From: Anaerolineales bacterium | Lineage (GTDB): Bacteria; Chloroflexota; Anaerolineae; Anaerolineales; RBG-16-64-43 | DNA: 64,000 nt | Reading direction: 5' to 3' | Assembly (NCBI GenBank): GCA_049516595.1 | Contig: JBEKSY010000002.1 | Coordinates: 17,982 to 81,981, forward strand | Shown here: in pieces, positions 11,372 through 21,123 of the stretch | How positions within the stretch are numbered: the first letter of the stretch is position 1 | Layout: every line of letters begins with the position of its first letter | The notes under the pieces: generated by a model | Told to the model about the DNA's origin: nothing | The model's input: only the letters and a program-made list of their open reading frames with translations | Databases searched by the model: none | Position numbers and translations under genes: made by a program

Positions 11372-11442
11372 TGGGGCGTGGTGCAAAGGCAGCACACCGG
11401 ACTTTGAATCCGTGGATCTAGGTTCGAATCCTGGCGCCCCAG
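11372..11442 (+). tRNA. tRNA-Gln (anticodon UUG)
   Basis: Hand-folded cloverleaf. Acceptor TGGGGCG/CGCCCCA (U1-A72 as in bacterial tRNA-Gln), D stem GTGC/GCAC. Anticodon loop CTTTGAA, T arm CTAGG-TTCGAAT-CCTGG, discriminator G. One C-U mismatch at 27-43. CCA not fully encoded. Confidence 0.85.
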
Positions 11443-11591
11443 CCTCGCCTTTTCTCATCCCGCCTCCCGCTCGAGTCTTGTTCTCCTGGAGCATAGCGGT
11501 CCATCCCAGCACCCCGGGGAAGAGGGCGCGCTCCTCACTCGCTGAAACGCGATCCGCAGGGCAGCCCTCCCCAAGCGTCTTTGAAGGTGAC

Positions 11592-12950
11592 ATGATGACT
11601 ACTCGAGGCATCGTACTCGCCGCAGGGCTTGGCACCCGCATGAAGTCGGAGATCCCCAAGGTCCTTCATCTCCTGGGAGGACGAGCGCTCATCCACTATG
11701 CCCTGGAAGCGGTATCGGAAGCCACGGGTTCTCCGCCCGCGTTGGTCATTGGGCCTGGGGCCGACCGAATTCGCGAGGAGGTGGGTCCCGCGGCGCAATT
11801 CGTCGTTCAGGAGGAGAGCCTGGGCACCGCCCACGCCGTTGGACAGGTGAAGGGTCTCCTTGCGGGTCAGGCCGACTACATTCTGATCGCCTACGGAGAC
11901 ATGCCGCTTCTGACCGCCCCGACGCTCCGGGGTCTGGTCGAGGCCGCCTCCCGGCACCCTGGGCCGCTGGCCTTCTTGGTGGGTCAAGGGGGGGAGGCCA
12001 GAGGATTTGGCCATGTTCTGCGCGACCGGCTGGGTCGCGTGCGGAAGGTGATCGAAGAGGCCCAGGCCACGCCGGAGGAACTCGCGACTGAGGAGATCAA
12101 CCTGGGAGTGTACTGTGTCCGCGAGGCATGGCTGTGGGAGGCTCTGGCCCGGGTCCGACCCTCCCCCCAGGGGGAATACTACTTGACCGACTTGATCGAA
12201 ATGGCGAGTGAGTCGGGGGCAGGCGCCCAGGCCATCCCCGTCCGGGATCCGGATGAGTGGATCGGGATTAACACCCGCGTTCACCTGGCTCAGGCGGAGG
12301 CCGCCTTGAGACGCCGCACGAATCACCGCTGGATGGAATCCGGTGTAACGCTGGTCGATCCCGCGACAACCTACATTGGTCCCGAGGTCGAGATCGGCGC
12401 GGATACGGTGATCCTCCCCAACACGCATTTGGAAGGGGAGACCAAGGTCGGGCGGGATTGCTGGATTGGGCCGAACACCTTGGTGCACGGAAGCCAGATC
12501 GGCAACGGCTGCCGGATCGAGGCCTCGGTTCTGGAGCAAGCAACCCTCGAGGAACAGGTCCACGTGGGGCCCTTTGCTCATTTGCGTCCGGGGGCCCATC
12601 TGGCGCCGGGCGTCCACATGGGCAACTTCGGCGAGGTCAAGAACTCTTATCTGGGTCCTGGGACAAAGATGGGGCACTTCAGCTACGTTGGGGATGCGCA
12701 AGTGGGAGCGGAGGTGAACTTGGGGGCGGGAACCGTCACCTGCAACTTTGACGGCCGACGGAAGAACCCGACCGAGATCGGCGAGGGAGCCTTCATTGGC
12801 AGCGACACGATGTTGGTAGCACCGATCCGGGTGGGCAAGGGGGCTCGCACCGGGGCCGGCTCGGTGGTGACGCGGGATGTGCCGGATCACACCTTGGCCG
12901 TGGGTGCGCCGGCTCGCAATCTCCGCCGCCTGGAGCCGCGGGATGAATGA
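11592..12950 (+). CDS. glmU: bifunctional UDP-N-acetylglucosamine pyrophosphorylase / glucosamine-1-phosphate N-acetyltransferase
   Basis: LAAGLGTRMKS nucleotidyltransferase motif at the N-terminus. C-terminal hexapeptide-repeat region. Listed ORF start 11253 runs through the tRNA, so ATG 11592 is used. Confidence 0.9.
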   Translation: MMTTRGIVLAAGLGTRMKSEIPKVLHLLGGRALIHYALEAVSEATGSPPALVIGPGADRIREEVGPAAQFVVQEESLGTAHAVGQVKGLLAGQADYILIAYGDMPLLTAPTLRGLVEAASRHPGPLAFLVGQGGEARGFGHVLRDRLGRVRKVIEEAQATPEELATEEINLGVYCVREAWLWEALARVRPSPQGEYYLTDLIEMASESGAGAQAIPVRDPDEWIGINTRVHLAQAEAALRRRTNHRWMESGVTLVDPATTYIGPEVEIGADTVILPNTHLEGETKVGRDCWIGPNTLVHGSQIGNGCRIEASVLEQATLEEQVHVGPFAHLRPGAHLAPGVHMGNFGEVKNSYLGPGTKMGHFSYVGDAQVGAEVNLGAGTVTCNFDGRRKNPTEIGEGAFIGSDTMLVAPIRVGKGARTGAGSVVTRDVPDHTLAVGAPARNLRRLEPRDE

Positions 12951-14259
12951 AGCGGGCCTTGGGCCGAACCCTTGGGTCTGGGTACCTCCCCTCGTTCTCT
13001 TCCTCCTGAACTGTACCGTCGCGTCGGGTCGCGCCGCCCTCGTCAATGCACACCGCCCTCAGCTTGCTCTCTGGCGGAAGGCCGGTCAAGCCGGGGCTTC
13101 GCTGGCAGAGCGAGTGGCCGGGGAATCCCGTCGTCTCATTACGGCCTCGCGAACGGCGCAGATGGTCCTGCGAGTAGCCCTGGTGATTGCCTTCGTCCGT
13201 CTGGCCGACGCCGTGTGGATCCCCGTGCGCTCGATGTGGTTGGGCACCCTCGCGGCGGAGATCGCTGGTCTGCTTCTAATCGCGTTCCTGATGACGTCGG
13301 GTGAAACCTTGGCGGAAACCCTGGCCATACGCTCCGCGGACCGGGCCAGCCTTTTTTTCGCCCCGCTGATGGCGGGGCTGGAAGTTTTGTTTTCGCCCTT
13401 CACGTGGATCGTGTTAAGGTTGGGGGGAGGTCGGAGCGGGCCGAAAGGGGGAGCCGCGGTCGTGACCGAGGAGGAGATCAAGACCCTGATTGAAGCCGGG
13501 AGGGAGGGGGGAACGATTGAACCGACGGAGAAAGCGATGCTTCTCTCGATCTTCCAACTTGGGCACACCTTGGTGCGAGAAGTGATGACCCCGCGCATGG
13601 ACCTCCAGGCCGTCGAGATCCGTGCGACCGTTCCGGAATGCGTGGATCTGTTGCTCCCTCACGGTCATTCCCGTCTGCCCGTTTTTGACCAAAGCATCGA
13701 CAACGTGGTTGGGTTGGTCCACGCTAAGGATCTGCTGCGCGCCATGCACGAGGGCGGGCGAGTCAGCTTGCAAGAGCTCCTGCGACCGATCTACTTCGTG
13801 CCCGAAGCCAAGCCCGCGGGGGAGCTCCTGGCCGAGCTTCAATCTCAACATATTCATATGGCCATTGTCGTCGACGAGTACGGAGGTACGGCGGGATTAG
13901 TGACCATCGAAGACTTGCTGGAAGAGATCGTGGGAGAAATCCGCGATGAATACGATGCGGGCGAGGAGGCCCCGGTCGTCAGACTGGCCAGCCAGGAATA
14001 CCTGCTCGACGCCCGAATGAACCTCGCGGACGTCAATGAGGTTCTGGGAACCCATCTCTCCGATGAATTCGGGGACACGCTGGGGGGATTGCTCTACGCC
14101 CAGCTGGGCAAAGTGCCTGAGCGAGGGGAATCGGTCTGGGCCGAAGGATATCGCTTGGTCGTAGAACAAATCTCGGGTCGTCGCATTCGAAAGGTCCGCG
14201 CCGTCCGCATCTCGGAAAACCTCGAACCACCCACCAAGGAGGTGGAGCGTGAGCCCTGA
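12943..14259 (+). CDS. CNNM/HlyC/CorC family transporter-associated protein (DUF21 + CBS pair + CorC_HlyC)
   Basis: ATG 12943 overlaps glmU stop (ATGAATGA). N-terminal TM block, CBS-like region (VMTPRMD..., VGLVHAKDLL), C-terminal CorC-type domain. Confidence 0.85.
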   Translation: MNEAGLGPNPWVWVPPLVLFLLNCTVASGRAALVNAHRPQLALWRKAGQAGASLAERVAGESRRLITASRTAQMVLRVALVIAFVRLADAVWIPVRSMWLGTLAAEIAGLLLIAFLMTSGETLAETLAIRSADRASLFFAPLMAGLEVLFSPFTWIVLRLGGGRSGPKGGAAVVTEEEIKTLIEAGREGGTIEPTEKAMLLSIFQLGHTLVREVMTPRMDLQAVEIRATVPECVDLLLPHGHSRLPVFDQSIDNVVGLVHAKDLLRAMHEGGRVSLQELLRPIYFVPEAKPAGELLAELQSQHIHMAIVVDEYGGTAGLVTIEDLLEEIVGEIRDEYDAGEEAPVVRLASQEYLLDARMNLADVNEVLGTHLSDEFGDTLGGLLYAQLGKVPERGESVWAEGYRLVVEQISGRRIRKVRAVRISENLEPPTKEVEREP

Positions 14260-14683
14260 GGAACGCAGCGAACTCGTTCGGTCCGCACGTTTATCCCGGG
14301 AGAACGCATATGCCCCCTACTCGCGTTACGCCGTGGGAGCCGCGCTGCTTTCAGAGTCGGGGACCCTCTACCGGGGAGCGAATGTGGAGAACGCCGCCTA
14401 TCCGACGGGTTTGTGTGCGGAGCGGGTCGCACTATTCTCCGCCGTGGCCTCGGGGGAGCGGAGGTTTCGGGGGATCGCCGTCGTGACCCAGGATGGGGGG
14501 TTCCCTTGCGGAGCCTGCCGGCAGGCGCTTGCGGAATTCGGACCCAGCCTGGAAATTCTGGTGGCGGATGAGTCCGAGCAAGTCCGCTGGGCCGGGACCC
14601 TGTCCGAACTGCTGCCCCACGTCTTCAACGCGGAGAGCCTGCGAAGCTCCCAGCGGGATATCCCCCACGGCCTGGAGAAATAG
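14249..14683 (+). CDS. cdd: cytidine deaminase
   Basis: 144 aa. Zinc-ligand motifs CAERVALF and PCGACRQ. GTG start overlaps upstream stop. Confidence 0.9.
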   Translation: MSPEERSELVRSARLSRENAYAPYSRYAVGAALLSESGTLYRGANVENAAYPTGLCAERVALFSAVASGERRFRGIAVVTQDGGFPCGACRQALAEFGPSLEILVADESEQVRWAGTLSELLPHVFNAESLRSSQRDIPHGLEK

Positions 14684-14727
14684 GGCCTCTCCGAGGCGTG
14701 GAGAGCCTCTGGAAAGCGTGCGACAGG

Positions 14728-15507
14728 ATGAGCCGGGCGGGTCGAGAGCGGGTCTATCGAACGGAAGCGATCATTCTTCGGCGTCGAAACTGGGGAGAAG
14801 CCGACCGAATCCTCACGCTCTTCTCTCCCCTGCGGGGCAAGTTCCGCGCCAAAGCGGTTGGCGTTCGCAAGCCCCGCTCGCGCAAGGCCGGCCACCTGGA
14901 GCCCTTCACGCGGACCATGCTGCTGCTGGCCAAAGGTCGCGAACTGGACATCATTACGCAGGCAGAGACCGTGGAGGCCTTTCGTGCGTTGCGGGAGGAC
15001 TTGATCCGCCTGGCGGCGGCTACTTATGCCGCCGAGCTTCTCGATCGGTTCTCGCCGGAGGAAGTCGAAAACCTAATGGCCTATGAGCTCTTGGGCTCCA
15101 CCTTGGGGGCCCTCTGCCGGGCCCCTGCGGTGGATCCGATTTTGCGCTCCTACGACTTGCATCTTCTGGAGGCTTTGGGCTATCGTCCCCAACTGGGTTC
15201 CTGCACGGTTGGCCAGGAGGACATCCTCCCCCAGGACCAATTCTTCAGCCCCTCCCGGGGAGGGGTGGTATGCCCAACCTGCGCCTGCTCGGCTCCGGAC
15301 TCTCAGCCGCTGTCTTTGGGAGCCTTGAGAGTCATGCGCCATCTTCAGCGGGAGAATCTTGGCGCGGTTGAGAACCTCAAGGTGAGCCCGAAGGTAGCCG
15401 CAGAGGTCGAGTTCACCCTCCAGGGCTACATCCTGCATCTGCTGGAACGGCCCCTGAAGTCTCCGCCCTTCCTGCACGAGGTCGCAGGGGCGGGCCCTCT
15501 TCGCTGA
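14728..15507 (+). CDS. recO: DNA repair protein RecO
   Basis: N-terminal OB-fold pattern [25 protein letters not shown], internal CPTC zinc motif, conserved position before glyQS. Start could also be GTG 14698. Confidence 0.8.
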   Translation: MSRAGRERVYRTEAIILRRRNWGEADRILTLFSPLRGKFRAKAVGVRKPRSRKAGHLEPFTRTMLLLAKGRELDIITQAETVEAFRALREDLIRLAAATYAAELLDRFSPEEVENLMAYELLGSTLGALCRAPAVDPILRSYDLHLLEALGYRPQLGSCTVGQEDILPQDQFFSPSRGGVVCPTCACSAPDSQPLSLGALRVMRHLQRENLGAVENLKVSPKVAAEVEFTLQGYILHLLERPLKSPPFLHEVAGAGPLR

Positions 15508-15548
15508 CCCCGGGTTTCGCCTCGGTCAGGCTGCGGTTCGCTCTCCGT

Positions 15549-15557
15549 TGTTATAAT
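15549..15557 (+). promoter_or_regulatory. extended -10 element (TGT TATAAT) upstream of glyQS
   Basis: TGnTATAAT at 15549-15557, about 60 nt before ATG 15618. Weak -35. Confidence 0.4.
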
Positions 15558-15617
15558 CGTTGCTCCATCATCTCAGCACAGGGATCCTCAAGCGCCAGCC
15601 GACGAAGACAGGCCCTC

Positions 15618-18600
15618 ATGACCCCACCCACCTTTCAGCGGGTTATTCTCGACTTGCAGGAATTCTGGGAACGCCAGGGATGCCTGATCTGGCAGCCCTA
15701 CTACACCCAGGTCGGAGCAGGCACCATGAACCCGGCGACCTTCCTGCGAGTGCTTGGCCCCGAGCCCTGGCGCGTCGCCTATGTGGAACCCTCGGTCCGT
15801 CCGGCGGATGGTCGCTACGGCGAGAACCCAAACCGCCTGGGCCAGTACTACCAGTTCCAGGTGATCTTGAAGCCGGACCCGGGCAACCCGCAGGAGGTCT
15901 TTCTCGATTCGCTGGAGGCCCTGGGGATTCCACTCCGGGATCACGACATTCGTTTTGTCGAGGACAACTGGGAGCAGCCCGCCCTGGGAGCCTGGGGACT
16001 GGGCTGGGAAGTCTGGCTGGACGGACAGGAAATCACCCAGTTCACCTACCTTCAGCAAGCCGGAGGCATTCCACTGGAAGTGCCCTCCGTAGAGATTACG
16101 TACGGCCTCGAGCGCATCCTCATGACGCTCCAGAAGGTTGCCCACTTCAAGGACATCCGCTGGGTTGCTGAGGTCACCTACGGGGACGTGCTCTTACAGA
16201 GCGAGCAGGAGCACAGTCGCTACAACTTCGAGACGGCGGACGTCGAGCGCCTGCGAGCCGCTTATGGGCTGTTCGCGGAGGAAGCTCGCGCGGCCCTGGC
16301 GGCCGGTCTGGTGCTGCCGGCCCACGACTACGTGCTCAAGTGCTCCCACGCCTTCAATGTCATGGATGCGCGCGGTTCGGTCGGGGTCACCGAGCGGGCC
16401 CACTTCTTTGGACAAATGAGGCAGCTCGCCTCCCAGGTAGCGCGGGCCTACCTGGATCAGCGCCAGGCCCTGGGTTTTCCGCTGGCCAGCAAGTTTCCGA
16501 GACCGAACCCAGAGCCCTTGCCCAGAGCGCGACTGGCGATCGGGCCGCCCGGGGAAGCTGCCAGCCTGGGCCCGGCCCCCTTCCTGCTCGAAATCGGAAC
16601 TGAGGAGCTGCCTTCCGCCGACCTGGACCGGGCCCTGGAGCAGATTGGCCCGGCCTTCCGTCGCCGCGTATTGGATGCCCATCGCCTTCCCTACCGCGGC
16701 TTGGAGATTCTCGGTACCCCCAGACGCTTGGTCATCCATGTCGACGAGATGGCTGCTCGCACGGAGGCCACCCGAGAGTTGGTTAAGGGCCCAGCGGAGA
16801 CGGCGGCCTTCGACCCGGAGGGAAAGCCCACCCCGGCGCTCTTGGGCTGGGCTCGCAAGAATGGCGTTGGAGAGGCAGCCCTCGGTCCGGGTCTGATCCA
16901 TGAGATTGGAGGGCGGCGCTATGTTGCCCTGGAGGTTGCCGTGGAGGGGGAGGGCACAGTCGATTTGCTGGCCGCCCTTCTGCCTGTCGTCCTGGGCGAG
17001 ATCCGTTTTGACAAAACAGTGCGTTGGAACGCGACGGGCGTTCCTTTCTCGCGGCCAATTCGCTGGTTGGTCGCGCTGTTTGGCGGCCGGGTGGTCGAGT
17101 TCGAGTTCGCGGGCGTGAAAAGCGACCGCGTCACGCGAGGCCTGAGGCTTTCGGCCGCGGAAGAAATCGTGGTCGAGACGCCGCAGTCCTATTTTGAGAG
17201 GATGAAGGCGGAGGGCATCGAGCTTTCCGTCCCCATGCGGCGGGCCGAGATCTGGAGTCAAGTTGGAACGCTTGCCCGTGAGGCCGGTGGAACGATCCGC
17301 GAGGACCCAGGATTGCTGGCGGAAGTTGCCAATCTGGTGGAATCTCCCCGCGCCCTGCGCGGTTCGTTTGACCCCGTCTACCTTGACCTGCCCCACGAAG
17401 TTCTGATCTCGGTGATGAAGAGACATCAGAGATACTTCCCCATGGAGAAGAAGGGAAAGCTCCTGCCCTACTTCGTGACGGTGCGGAACGGGGACGGCCG
17501 AGGGGTGGAGTTGGTGCGAGAGGGTAACGAGCATGTGCTGCGGGCGCGATTCGCGGACGCGGAGTACTTCATCCGCGAAGATCGTAAGCATCCCTTGGAG
17601 CAGTTCCTTCCCCGTCTGGGCACCCTGACCTTCCAGACCCGCCTGGGATCGATGCTCGAGAAATCGCGCCGGGTCGAAACGTTGGTAGAGGGGCTGATCC
17701 CTCTGGTCGGCCTGGCGCCCGCGCAGGCGGAGGCGGCGCGAAGGGCAGCGCATCTGTGCAAAGCCGACCTGGTCACGCAAATGGTGGTCGAGATGACTTC
17801 CCTGCAAGGGGTGATGGGCCGGTATTATGCGCTGGACTCTGGCGAGAGTGCCGAAACCGCCCTGGCCATCTATGAACACTATTTGCCCCGAGGCGCCGAG
17901 GATGAACTGCCTCAATCGGGAGCGGGCGTGGCCGTGGGCTTGGCGGATCGGCTCGATTCGCTGGTCGGCCTTTTTGCGGTGGGCCTGGTCCCCTCGGGGA
18001 CCAGCGACCCATTTGCACTGCGTCGGGCTGCGATCGGGATCGTGCAGACCCTAACCATGCGTGCAATTTCTTTCGATTTGCGCCGGGGAATTGATCTGGC
18101 CGTGGCCCTTCAGCCGGTCCCGGTGACGACGGAAGTGCCCGTTGAGGTGTTTGAATTCCTGCTGGGAAGACTGAAGGCCGTTCTGAGTGATTCGGGTCTG
18201 CGCCACGACGTGGTGGAGGCCGTTGTCGCGGAATGCGGGCACGATCCCCACCAAGCGCGCGAGATGGCTCTCGAGCTCACTGGCTGGATGCAGAGATCCG
18301 ATTGGCCGCAGATTCTCGCGGCCTACGCGCGCTGCGTTCGCATCAGCCGGGATTTCCGTGAGAGTTTCTCGGTCGAACCGCAACGGTTTGCAAGCCCGGC
18401 CGAAGCAGAATTATGGGAGGCAGTTCAGGGCCTGGAGTCTCTGGCCCGGGATTTGGTGGCGCGCCACACATGGACCTTGAATGGCTGGCTGGAGGCTTTC
18501 GTCCCGATGGTCCCGAGGATCTCAAAGTTCTTTGAGGATGTGCTGGTCATGGCCGAAGAGGAGCCCTTGCGCAAGAATCGTTTGGGACTCCTGCAGCACA

Positions 18601-18653
18601 TTGCTCATCTTCCAAAAGGACTGGTCGACCTTTCGAGACTTGAGGGCTTTTGA
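15618..18653 (+). CDS. glyQS: glycine--tRNA ligase, alpha and beta subunits fused in one polypeptide
   Basis: 1011 aa. The N-terminal ~290 aa are GlyQ-like ([35 protein letters not shown]). The remainder is GlyS-like ([34 protein letters not shown]). No stop or frame change between the two parts. Confidence 0.9.
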   Translation: MTPPTFQRVILDLQEFWERQGCLIWQPYYTQVGAGTMNPATFLRVLGPEPWRVAYVEPSVRPADGRYGENPNRLGQYYQFQVILKPDPGNPQEVFLDSLEALGIPLRDHDIRFVEDNWEQPALGAWGLGWEVWLDGQEITQFTYLQQAGGIPLEVPSVEITYGLERILMTLQKVAHFKDIRWVAEVTYGDVLLQSEQEHSRYNFETADVERLRAAYGLFAEEARAALAAGLVLPAHDYVLKCSHAFNVMDARGSVGVTERAHFFGQMRQLASQVARAYLDQRQALGFPLASKFPRPNPEPLPRARLAIGPPGEAASLGPAPFLLEIGTEELPSADLDRALEQIGPAFRRRVLDAHRLPYRGLEILGTPRRLVIHVDEMAARTEATRELVKGPAETAAFDPEGKPTPALLGWARKNGVGEAALGPGLIHEIGGRRYVALEVAVEGEGTVDLLAALLPVVLGEIRFDKTVRWNATGVPFSRPIRWLVALFGGRVVEFEFAGVKSDRVTRGLRLSAAEEIVVETPQSYFERMKAEGIELSVPMRRAEIWSQVGTLAREAGGTIREDPGLLAEVANLVESPRALRGSFDPVYLDLPHEVLISVMKRHQRYFPMEKKGKLLPYFVTVRNGDGRGVELVREGNEHVLRARFADAEYFIREDRKHPLEQFLPRLGTLTFQTRLGSMLEKSRRVETLVEGLIPLVGLAPAQAEAARRAAHLCKADLVTQMVVEMTSLQGVMGRYYALDSGESAETALAIYEHYLPRGAEDELPQSGAGVAVGLADRLDSLVGLFAVGLVPSGTSDPFALRRAAIGIVQTLTMRAISFDLRRGIDLAVALQPVPVTTEVPVEVFEFLLGRLKAVLSDSGLRHDVVEAVVAECGHDPHQAREMALELTGWMQRSDWPQILAAYARCVRISRDFRESFSVEPQRFASPAEAELWEAVQGLESLARDLVARHTWTLNGWLEAFVPMVPRISKFFEDVLVMAEEEPLRKNRLGLLQHIAHLPKGLVDLSRLEGF

Positions 18654-18682
18654 GAAGCCCGCCGTTGCGACCCGGACGGCTG

Positions 18683-18691
18683 TGCTATACT
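18683..18691 (+). promoter_or_regulatory. extended -10 element (TGC TATACT) upstream of TPR gene
   Basis: TGnTATACT at 18683-18691, about 30 nt before ATG 18723. Confidence 0.4.
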
Positions 18692-18722
18692 GAAAAATCA
18701 ACTCGTCTTCAGAGAGCAGGCA

Positions 18723-21065
18723 ATGGCCGGCCGGCGTGATGTCTACGATCAAGCCCTGCGCCAGGGTAACAGTGCGGCTTGGGATCAAAAATGGGAGCAC
18801 GCCCTGGCTGCCTATCGCCGAGCCTTAGAGGAATTCCCCGGCGATGCGGTTGCCCTGGAGCACCTGGCTCTGGCCCATGTGCAACTTGGGCAACTGGATC
18901 AGGCACTGGAAATGTACCGGCAGTGCGCCAGTGCGGATCCCACCAATCCCATCCCCCAGGAGAAGATCTCAGAAATCCTCGAGCGGCGAGGTCAGACCGC
19001 GGATGCCGTTCGCGGCTACCTCGCCTCCGCTGACTTGTATCTGGGGCGCCACGAGGCCGACAAGGCAATTGATGACTGGGTAGCCGCCTCTCGCTTGGCA
19101 CCGGATAATCTCCTGGCCCGGTCGCGTCTGGCCCTGGGGACCGAACGCACCGGGCGGGTGCGTCAAGCGGTAACCGAGTACTTGGCACTGGCGGCGATCC
19201 TGCAAAAGAGCGGGCAAAATGAAAAGGCCGCGCAGGCCATCGAACAAGGCCTGCGTCTGGCGCCTGGCAACACCGAGCTCCTGCGAGCGAAGGCCGCCCT
19301 CCAGGCGAGCGAGGTCTTGGCCATTCCTCCGCCGATTCGCCCTCGGGCGACGGCCCCGCTCATCGCCCCCCAGCCTTCGGCCCTGTCCTCTCGGGCCGTC
19401 CTACCCGAAGCCAAAGAAACCGAGGCCCCGGCCACCAATCCCTTTGAACTGGCCCAGCACACGGCCATCACCTTGCTGGCCGAGCTCTTGTTCGAGGCTG
19501 GCCAGCTGACGCCGGCTCAGCCTCGGGCCGGGTTGGGAGACTACGACACGGATAGCAACCCCTCCGCCTCGCGCGACGAGGTGCTGCCTTACTTGGCCCA
19601 GGCTATCGACGCTTTTAGCCGGGGGATGGCAAAGGAGGCCCAGACGGCACTGGAGCGAGCCATCCGAGTGGGGTGCGATCATCCGGCGGCGCATTTTGCA
19701 TTGGGTGCGATGCTGCTGGGGGCGAAGGATGCCCGCGGCGCAGTTCCCTCGCTTCAGCGTGCGGTGGATCACCCCGCTCTGTCCACCGGGGCGCACTTCG
19801 GACTGGGCCGGGCCTACCGTCAGCTGGAGCAGCCGTATCAATCGGCTCTCCATTTCCTGTCCGCGCTGCAACTGGCCGACCTGACGACCGTTCCGGAGGA
19901 GATGCGTGAAACCTTGCAGCGCCAATATGAAACGTTTCTGGAGGTGGACGAGCCGAGCCAGCCTGCCTCGCAGTGGCTGGAGAGTGCTCAACGGGTGGAG
20001 TCCTTACTGAGCGGCACGGAGTGGGAGAGCCGACTGCGCCTGGCCCGCGCCCAGCTCGATGCGGAATCGGAAGGCCATGGCCTTTTACCCCTCGCCTCGA
20101 TGCTCGCCATGGGCCGTCCGCAGGCGTTGATCGAGGCGATGGCCTACGTGGATGCGGCCCTGCGTCGCGACCTGCTGAAGACAGCCATGGAGCAGGCGCT
20201 GCTGGCTCTCGACCAGGGACCAACTTACCTGCCTCTGCATGTGAGGATCGCCGAAATCCAACTCCGGGAGGGGCGGCAGGAGGCCTCCATCAGTAAGCTC
20301 AGGGTGGTGGCACGCACCTACCGCATCCGCGGCGACAAGGCTCAAGCGGCGCGTGTGCTGGAACGAATTCTGCAGCTCAGTCCCATGGATACGGGGTCCC
20401 GCACGGAACTGATCGAACTCGCCCTCGCCCAAGATGATGTTCGCACGGCGCTGTCCCAGTATCTCGACCTGGGCGAGATCTACTCACAGCTGGCGGAACA
20501 GGATAAAGCGCGCAAGGCTTATGAGACCGCCTTGACGTTGATCCGCCCAGGAGGCCCCGATGCCTCTTGGGAGATTCAATTGCTCTATCGGCTTGGGGAT
20601 CACTACCTGCAGCGGCTGGATTGGCGCTCCGCGCTCCAGGCCTACACCCGTTTGATGGAACTGGACTCCTCCGACGAACGAGCGGCCTCTCAAGTGATCG
20701 GCCTCTTGCTGAAACTGCGCAAACCGACGGAGGCCCAGGCGGTGCTTGACCACCTGGCGCAGGAATGGTCCCGGCAGGGACGCCAGGAGCAATTGCTATA
20801 CTGGTTTGAGGAACTGGTGCGCCTCAACCCTCAAGATCCCACGGTGCGCAAGAAGCTGGCCGAGGGCTACCAGCAGAGAGGTCGGATCCCCGAAGCCATT
20901 GCCCAGCTCGACGCTCTGGGGGAGATCCTCATCGACTCCGGCAAGACCCCAGAGGCCATCCAGGTGGTTCGGGCCATCCTCGCGCTGAATGCGCCTGGCG
21001 CGGATGGCTATCGACGTCTCCTACAGCAACTCCAGTCCGGATCGACGGGCACGACGCGCGGCTGA
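18723..21065 (+). CDS. tetratricopeptide (TPR) repeat protein
   Basis: 780 aa, Ala/Leu/Arg-rich, with repeated about 34-aa helical-pair units (e.g. AWDQKWEHALAAYRRALEEFP, AIAQLDALGEILIDSGKTPEAIQVVRAIL). No catalytic motif recognised. Confidence 0.75.
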   Translation: MAGRRDVYDQALRQGNSAAWDQKWEHALAAYRRALEEFPGDAVALEHLALAHVQLGQLDQALEMYRQCASADPTNPIPQEKISEILERRGQTADAVRGYLASADLYLGRHEADKAIDDWVAASRLAPDNLLARSRLALGTERTGRVRQAVTEYLALAAILQKSGQNEKAAQAIEQGLRLAPGNTELLRAKAALQASEVLAIPPPIRPRATAPLIAPQPSALSSRAVLPEAKETEAPATNPFELAQHTAITLLAELLFEAGQLTPAQPRAGLGDYDTDSNPSASRDEVLPYLAQAIDAFSRGMAKEAQTALERAIRVGCDHPAAHFALGAMLLGAKDARGAVPSLQRAVDHPALSTGAHFGLGRAYRQLEQPYQSALHFLSALQLADLTTVPEEMRETLQRQYETFLEVDEPSQPASQWLESAQRVESLLSGTEWESRLRLARAQLDAESEGHGLLPLASMLAMGRPQALIEAMAYVDAALRRDLLKTAMEQALLALDQGPTYLPLHVRIAEIQLREGRQEASISKLRVVARTYRIRGDKAQAARVLERILQLSPMDTGSRTELIELALAQDDVRTALSQYLDLGEIYSQLAEQDKARKAYETALTLIRPGGPDASWEIQLLYRLGDHYLQRLDWRSALQAYTRLMELDSSDERAASQVIGLLLKLRKPTEAQAVLDHLAQEWSRQGRQEQLLYWFEELVRLNPQDPTVRKKLAEGYQQRGRIPEAIAQLDALGEILIDSGKTPEAIQVVRAILALNAPGADGYRRLLQQLQSGSTGTTRG

Positions 21066-21123
21066 GGAGGCGGGCGGAGCGACAGCCTGGCCCGCTCAAG
21101 AGTTCGAACTAGGCTCAACGACG

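Noticed and set aside
11253-11591. N-terminal extensions of listed ORFs: glmU 11253, cdaA 20989, cdaR 21936, rlmD-like 26485, IMPase 27794, nfeD 31248, phosphoesterase 34454, tsaE 44318, UDG 47257, membrane protein 48847, GT-C 55592, dehydrogenase 60163, SDR 61473
   Set aside because: The extensions overlap upstream genes, a tRNA or structured leaders. They are low-complexity and precede internal starts that give canonical N-termini, often with ATGA-type overlaps or SD sequences.
11372-12950. Genomic island or integrated element at tRNA-Gln
   Set aside because: The tRNA is followed directly by glmU and conserved housekeeping genes. There is no integrase, no direct repeat of the tRNA 3' end, and no compositional break.
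15558-15617. T-box riboswitch upstream of glyQS
   Set aside because: Only about 55 nt lie between the -10 box and the ATG, far too short for a T-box. No T-box sequence (AGGGTGGNACCGCG-like) is present.
21066-21123. c-di-AMP (ydaO/kimA) riboswitch near cdaA
   Set aside because: The gap is only 58 nt, and no ACGGGGA/CCCG pseudo-symmetric motif occurs outside coding sequence.
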